Source: Nanobdellota archaeon
Lineage (GTDB): Archaea; Nanobdellota; Nanobdellia; SCGC-AAA011-G17; JACPNG01
Direction: 5' to 3'
Assembly: GCA_038046345.1 (NCBI GenBank)
Contig: JBBSWJ010000019.1
Span: 51,183-72,163, forward strand
DNA: 20,981 nucleotides
In this document: positions 16,416 to 20,981 of the stretch, piece by piece
Position numbering within the stretch: the stretch's first letter is position 1
Layout: each line of letters opens with the position of its first letter
Translations under genes and position numbers: made by a program
Notes under the pieces: model-generated
The model's input: the letters and a program-made list of their open reading frames with translations, nothing else
Told to the model about the DNA's origin: nothing
The model's database searches: none

Positions 16416-17877
16416 GCTTGTCGTTGTCTTCAAATGAACGAGTTATAAACAATGTTAATAAGTATATCACCCCAAACATCATTGCTCCGATAATTATCAT
16501 AAAAGTACTGTTAAAGTTAAATCTTGATACTATAACCCATAAAACTGAACTGGCTATTAATAGAGCAATTGATACATTTATCATACATGATGAAAATGGG
16601 TTTACTCTTGTAAAATAAATAGCTTCTGCTAACATTAGGATGCCCATAATAATCAAAGCAATACATGTGCTTATACTTGCGCCGATAATACCATATTTTG
16701 GAATTAGAATTAGATTTAGAAAAAAGTTAATTAAAGCTGCGCTTACATTATTTAAAAAAATTAGTTTTGTATGATGCAGTGCTAAAAGGATATTATTTCC
16801 AGGGATTAACAGGAAATGTATGAAATAACCAATACTTAATATTACTAAAGCTGCTGATCCAAGTGCGTATTCTTTACCGAAAACAACATTTAGAAATTGT
16901 TTAGAAAAAATAATCATCAATAAAAAAAATGCACCATTAACCAATATAATCCATTTTGTTATTGTCTTGTACAAAGAAATAAATTCTTCTTCTTTAAATG
17001 TTTTGAAAGTACTAAGAACTGGCAGAAAAATTGCTGTCAAAGCGTTTGGGAATACCATCAAAACTTGAGCCGTTGGAAGTGCAGCATTATATATGCCAAC
17101 TGTGGATGCATTTTCAAAATAACCAAGCATTAAAGTATCAATCCATAATATAACCAAATATACCATAATGCTAAACATTAAAGGTAATGAGTAAACAAAT
17201 AATGGTTTTGCAGAGTATGATTTATCTGGTTTGGTGTTTATTAAAGAAAAAACTTTTTTTTCTAATAGATAAAATGCAATGATTGTACTGGCTGTAACAC
17301 CCAGGATGTAAGCTAAAACTGCACCAAAAGCGTTAAAGCCAAGGTATAATAATATTATGCTTAATACTAACTTAACGAAGTTTTCAGTGATTGCTTTTGC
17401 AATGGTTTCGTAATAAATTTTTTTAAAACCTAGCAAACTATTGAGAAATATTTTTCTTAATGTGTTAACCGGTGCGAACAATGAAGCAAGTTGTATCAAA
17501 GGGATTAGTCTGGTATCATGAAAAATACCTGTAGAAATTGTTTCAGCAAAAATGAAAGTTAAACTAGAAATTATTAACGAAAAAGAAAAAGTTTTTTTTA
17601 GAGCATGTCTTATCAATGCGCTAATTTTGTCAGGTTGATTTTGTTCGTTAAGCAGCGAAACAAAGCGGATAATACCCATCTCTGTGCCTAATACAGTTAT
17701 GCCACCTAGAATTCCATATATTGCCAGTGTGATTGAGAACAACCCGTAAGCATCGCTCCCTAAGTGAGCCGTAACTATGCGGAACAGATAAGTAAATACC
17801 TTTGAGATCATAACCCCACAAAACGCAATACCAGCTCCTTTAGCTACTGTTTTTAACACTTTTTCTTTTGTTGACAT
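16366..17877 (-). CDS. Oligosaccharide flippase (Wzx/MOP superfamily)
   Basis: About 12-14 TMs; YG.FS, VGIYNAA, LNLILIPKYGIIGASIST. Confidence 0.92.
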   Translation of the reverse strand: MSTKEKVLKTVAKGAGIAFCGVMISKVFTYLFRIVTAHLGSDAYGLFSITLAIYGILGGITVLGTEMGIIRFVSLLNEQNQPDKISALIRHALKKTFSFSLIISSLTFIFAETISTGIFHDTRLIPLIQLASLFAPVNTLRKIFLNSLLGFKKIYYETIAKAITENFVKLVLSIILLYLGFNAFGAVLAYILGVTASTIIAFYLLEKKVFSLINTKPDKSYSAKPLFVYSLPLMFSIMVYLVILWIDTLMLGYFENASTVGIYNAALPTAQVLMVFPNALTAIFLPVLSTFKTFKEEEFISLYKTITKWIILVNGAFFLLMIIFSKQFLNVVFGKEYALGSAALVILSIGYFIHFLLIPGNNILLALHHTKLIFLNNVSAALINFFLNLILIPKYGIIGASISTCIALIIMGILMLAEAIYFTRVNPFSSCMINVSIALLIASSVLWVIVSRFNFNSTFMIIIGAMMFGVIYLLTLFITRSFEDNDKLIFYSTLSKIGLRKNQ

Positions 17878-17911
17878 GATCTTTTTTTGATAACAGGGCT
17901 TATAAATTATT

Positions 17912-17926
17912 GTTTAGCTATGAATT
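17912..17926. repeat. 15-bp direct repeat, copy 1
   Basis: GTTTAGCTATGAATT, identical to 19188-19202 (17/18 if extended by 3 nt). Confidence 0.85.
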
Positions 17927-17994
17927 ATTACCTTAACTGGTGCTAGATTTATGGCATCAACAAGTTTAAATATTTCGGGCGCCTAAGATAATTT

Positions 17995-18153
17995 ATGAAG
18001 ATTATGAATGGTCTTGATAAGAAAATTGGCGATACTTGTTATGTAAAATATAGGGCTAACTTGCCAAAGAAAATAGTCGAGGACTCTAACTTGCTAAGCA
18101 AGGAAGTTAGGATTAAGTTAGAGAATGGTAAGATTGTAATTGAGAAAATATAA
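17995..18153 (+). CDS. AbrB/MazE/SpoVT-like small DNA-binding protein (52 aa)
   Basis: MKIMNGLDKKIGDTCYVKYRANLPKKIVEDSNLLSKEVRIKLENGKIVIEKI matches the AbrB pattern (xLPKxI...L...V.I..E.GKIVI); TTTAAATA at 17965-17972. Below the ORF-track size cutoff. Confidence 0.7.
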   Translation: MKIMNGLDKKIGDTCYVKYRANLPKKIVEDSNLLSKEVRIKLENGKIVIEKI

Positions 18154-18175
18154 TTCAATTCATATTAAATGTTAT

Positions 18176-18352
18176 TTAATGTTTTGCTAACTCTCTAAAT
18201 AAATCTTCATCTTCTTTTAATACTATCACTTTTGCTACTCTAATAAGTTCTAATATCTTCTTATCATTCTTAGAAATTTCATAAACAACTTTTCTGTTTA
18301 TCTTCATATTTCCAGAAATATCTATGTTCTTAATTTTATTACTCTCTCTCAT
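18176..18352 (-). CDS. Putative Doc antitoxin (58 aa)
   Basis: Start ATG 18352 overlaps the doc 3' end and has a GGAGATG SD-like motif upstream. C-terminus EDEDLFRELAKH resembles the acidic 'L..LA' tail of Doc-neutralising antitoxins. Confidence 0.55.
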   Translation of the reverse strand: MRESNKIKNIDISGNMKINRKVVYEISKNDKKILELIRVAKVIVLKEDEDLFRELAKH

Positions 18353-18944
18353 TCTCATCATCTCCCAATGTGACTTTAACGAATCTTTCATTTAAATAGT
18401 TTTTTATTTGGCCTTCTTCTATATAGGTGCAATTATTATCCAACCATCTTTTTATATCTTCAAAACTAACTTTACTCTGATATTTTGCAACTTCAAGCAT
18501 AAAATCAGTTGCTTCTTTATATTGTGTCTTTAAATGACATTTATTTATTAGCATAAATATTTTTGCAATGGCATAAGCAGTCCTTTTGTTGCCGTCTATA
18601 AAAAAATGCCTTTTGGCAAATTCATTAATAGCAAAAGCACCGATGCTTATTGGGTTCTTTGTATTTTTGTTTTGATGATTTAATAATTTATATACGGAAT
18701 TATATATCCCGCTGCTATCCCTTATTCCATTTTCACCGCCGCTTAATTTAATAATTGCATCATGAAGATGAGTTATGGTCTCTTCCATTTGTTTTATAAA
18801 TTCTCTAGAAACTCTACTTCTTGGTCTATTCCAGTAAGGGCTTTTACATTTGGGGCAATATTTTGTTACTCTTGATTTTATTCTTTTCTTCCAAGTATGA
18901 TAACACCTAAAACAGAATAAGTTACTATTATTAGCTATAATCAT
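18339..18944 (-). CDS. Fic/Doc-family toxin with N-terminal Zn ribbon
   Basis: HFFIDGNKRTA (Doc-type HxFxDGNKR); N-terminal CFRC-x15-CPKC followed by KSPYW. Confidence 0.88.
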   Translation of the reverse strand: MIIANNSNLFCFRCYHTWKKRIKSRVTKYCPKCKSPYWNRPRSRVSREFIKQMEETITHLHDAIIKLSGGENGIRDSSGIYNSVYKLLNHQNKNTKNPISIGAFAINEFAKRHFFIDGNKRTAYAIAKIFMLINKCHLKTQYKEATDFMLEVAKYQSKVSFEDIKRWLDNNCTYIEEGQIKNYLNERFVKVTLGDDENERE

Positions 18945-19021
18945 ATATTACTATATATAATAACATGTATAAAAGCTTTTCTGTCGGTAAGCCATAACCA
19001 TATTACTATGTATAATAACAT
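18945..19021. promoter_or_regulatory. Doc promoter: TATA flanked by two 22-bp repeats (operators)
   Basis: atattactatatataataacat (18945-18966) and atattactatgtataataacat (19000-19021), 21/22 identical, each containing TATTA-N7-TAATA; TTTTATAC (-) at 18967-18974. Confidence 0.7.
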
Positions 19022-19187
19022 ATGCATATTCTGCTCGCATAGGTTTACTTTAGATGATGGCTTCTACAGAATGAGGAATAACCCACAAAAGATAACTCTC
19101 TGCTTGAACTTATTTTACAGTGGAGTGTCTTATTACAAGGAGAGTGCAAGAACATCTACAAGCTTTCTATCCTTAGGTAACAATGTA

Positions 19188-19202
19188 GTTTAGCTATGAA
19201 TT
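19188..19202. repeat. 15-bp direct repeat, copy 2
   Basis: GTTTAGCTATGAATT. Confidence 0.85.
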
Positions 19203-19211
19203 GTTTTTTTG

Positions 19212-19227
19212 CGAAAACATTTAAATA
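19212..19227 (+). promoter_or_regulatory. BRE-TATA promoter of the UPF0104 gene
   Basis: CGAAAACA followed by TTTAAATA (19220-19227), upstream of ATG 19252. Confidence 0.6.
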
Positions 19228-19251
19228 ATGATTCCATGATTCTTTTATCTT

Positions 19252-20205
19252 ATGCTTGAAGGAATTAGCGAGTTAATAGAACCATCTTTGGTTTGGTATA
19301 TTGTGTTTGCTACTTTAGTTTATTCTTTAGTAATAGGTTTAGCAACATTAATGTTTCAGATATTATTGTATTATCAGCAGGAAAAATTATCTTTTAAGAT
19401 GGGTTTTACTGTTGTATCATTAAGCCAATTTGTTAATTTTTTAACGCCACTAAAAATAGGCCCAGTAATAGGAAAGCCGATAATAGGAAAGATAACTGCA
19501 AACTTACCATTAAGAAAGACAATATCTGCAACTGCATTTGAGAATTTTTTAGGGATATTAATACAATTGTTGATGTTTCCGATACTGATATTTTATGTAG
19601 GGGATCAGCTGCTGCTTGATGGTGGGTTGTTGTTGTCTAATGCATTAATCAAATGGTTGATAATTTTTACGGTTATACTGCTTGGAGCGTATATTTCGTA
19701 TAGCTATAATTGGTTTATCCCACAACTAATTAAGCTTAAGTTTCTTGTGCCCGTAAGACTTAAAAAATTTGTAAAACGTTTTGGATTTACAGAAGAGGCT
19801 GTAGAAAAAATTTTAAATGATCTTCCAAGTTTTTTTTTAAACAAAAAACTAGTTTTAAAGTTAGTTCTTATAATTGGAATACAAGCATGTATCCTGCCGC
19901 TTACATTTTTGTTAGCTCTGCATTATTTTAATGTGCAAATACCTTACATGCTATTATTTTCAATGTATTGGATTGCGTATATCATCGGTAGGTTGTCAAT
20001 ATTCCCCGGTGGTCTGGGGGTTAAAGATGTAACACTTGGAGGAATGTTGTTAGGGGCGGGTGTAAGCGGGGTAAGTGCAATAAAAATAGTTTTAGTTTAT
20101 AGACTGTTTAATCTTTTTCCGATACTATTGTTAGGCGGAATACCATTTTTAATGTATGGCCGGAATGTGTTTAAGTATAGAAGAATTAAACCACCTGTTT
20201 CTTAG
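19252..20205 (+). CDS. Lysylphosphatidylglycerol-synthase-TM / UPF0104 membrane protein (putative flippase-like)
   Basis: FVNFLTPLKIG, A..FE, and PGGLGVKD...LVYRL motif; multi-TM. Confidence 0.85.
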   Translation: MLEGISELIEPSLVWYIVFATLVYSLVIGLATLMFQILLYYQQEKLSFKMGFTVVSLSQFVNFLTPLKIGPVIGKPIIGKITANLPLRKTISATAFENFLGILIQLLMFPILIFYVGDQLLLDGGLLLSNALIKWLIIFTVILLGAYISYSYNWFIPQLIKLKFLVPVRLKKFVKRFGFTEEAVEKILNDLPSFFLNKKLVLKLVLIIGIQACILPLTFLLALHYFNVQIPYMLLFSMYWIAYIIGRLSIFPGGLGVKDVTLGGMLLGAGVSGVSAIKIVLVYRLFNLFPILLLGGIPFLMYGRNVFKYRRIKPPVS

Positions 20206-20959
20206 CTACTGTTTTCATAAATATTTTTGGGAGCAATACACGAAAAAAATAAATAAATTTACCTTTTATTGGGATGAATGTTTCAAATTTATCTTTATTT
20301 ATAGCTTTTATAATTGCATTTGCAACCTTTTTAGGGTTTAAACCACTCTTTGTCTTTTTGAAAGCTGGAAAGCTGCTATGGTCAAAAAAGTTTGTATTTA
20401 TTCTGCCAGGATAAATAACGTGAACGTTAATGCCTTTAGGTTTAAGCTCGTACCATAAACTCTCTGACATACCAGCAACAGCAAATTTGGAGGCACAGTA
20501 TGCATTAAAATTACCAAAAGCTACTTTTCCAACTATTGAAGAAATGTTTACGATGCTACCACTTTGTTGTTTAATCATGAAAGGTAGAACTTCCTTTGTA
20601 CAGGTAACAACACCATAATAATTAGTGTTTATCTGGTCACGAATCTCATCTATACTAGAATCATGCAATGATTTATACATACCATATCCAGCATTATTTA
20701 TAAGAATATCAACTTTCTTAAATTTAGTAATAACATCTTCAACCATTTTTTTTACTTGAGCTGGATTGCTTACATCACATGCTATACTAATTGATCTCTT
20801 TGACCAGCCAGCAACTTGGGAGGCTGTGCGATCAAGTTTTTCTTTATTTCGTGACACTAAGATACAGACAGCATTTAATTTTGCAAACTCAATTGCGGTG
20901 TCCCTGCCAATACCAGTTGAAGCTCCAGTGATGATAACAACTTTGTCTTTGAAATCCAT
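20186..20959 (-). CDS. Classical short-chain dehydrogenase/reductase
   Basis: TGASTGIG, DILINNAG, NISS, YCASK (YxxxK), PG..NT. Confidence 0.95.
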   Translation of the reverse strand: MDFKDKVVIITGASTGIGRDTAIEFAKLNAVCILVSRNKEKLDRTASQVAGWSKRSISIACDVSNPAQVKKMVEDVITKFKKVDILINNAGYGMYKSLHDSSIDEIRDQINTNYYGVVTCTKEVLPFMIKQQSGSIVNISSIVGKVAFGNFNAYCASKFAVAGMSESLWYELKPKGINVHVIYPGRINTNFFDHSSFPAFKKTKSGLNPKKVANAIIKAINKDKFETFIPIKGKFIYFFRVLLPKIFMKTVAKKQVV

Positions 20960-20981
20960 AAGATGAGTGGATAATAAATAG

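Larger units (their letters stand above)
17912..19202. mobile_element. Direct-repeat-bounded Doc toxin-antitoxin cassette with no intact integrase
   Basis: AbrB-like, antitoxin-like and Zn-ribbon-Doc genes lie between the 15-bp repeats (spacing 1276 bp). Confidence 0.65.

Noticed and set aside
19008-19193. 61-aa plus-strand ORF as a functional gene
   Set aside because: Starts inside the operator repeat, has no suitably spaced promoter or recognisable domain; at most a relic (see findings).
12006-20966. Short ORFs 12006-12194, 13450-13689, 15613-15807, 16040-16342, 16418-16618, 20156-20341, 20430-20618, 20766-20966
   Set aside because: Shadows of supported genes.
1-20981. CRISPR array, tRNA/rRNA, IS transposase, LPS/lipid A pathway
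   Set aside because: No regularly spaced repeats, cloverleaf, rRNA-like segment, transposase ORF, or lpx/kds genes seen.

Overview
AT-rich, gene-dense archaeal window, most consistent with a DPANN lineage (Woesearchaeota/Pacearchaeota-like). This is inferred from TATA boxes about 21-32 nt upstream of many start codons, an aIF5A-type gene and compact overlapping genes. The backbone is a cell-surface glycosylation region: a partial HldE/RfaE heptose-7-P kinase at the left edge (missed by the ORF track), two GT9, two GT2, one GT4, a YfhO-like GT-C protein, a Wzx-type flippase, a UPF0104 membrane protein and an SDR. Interspersed are queC, a half-length aIF5A, a nucleoside-deoxyribosyltransferase/dTMP-kinase pair, a YecM-like VOC protein, a B12-binding radical SAM enzyme and a ferredoxin-DUF4346 fusion. 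Main hidden structure: two toxin-antitoxin-like cassettes with no intact recombinase, each bounded by direct repeats and each carrying operator-like palindromes. Cassette A (6092-7579, HTH + nucleotidyltransferase) has 33-bp repeats duplicating the radical SAM 3' end. Cassette B (17912-19202, AbrB-like + antitoxin-like + Zn-ribbon-Doc) has 15-bp perfect repeats. No rRNA, tRNA or CRISPR array seen. Family assignments are from motif recognition, not database searches.
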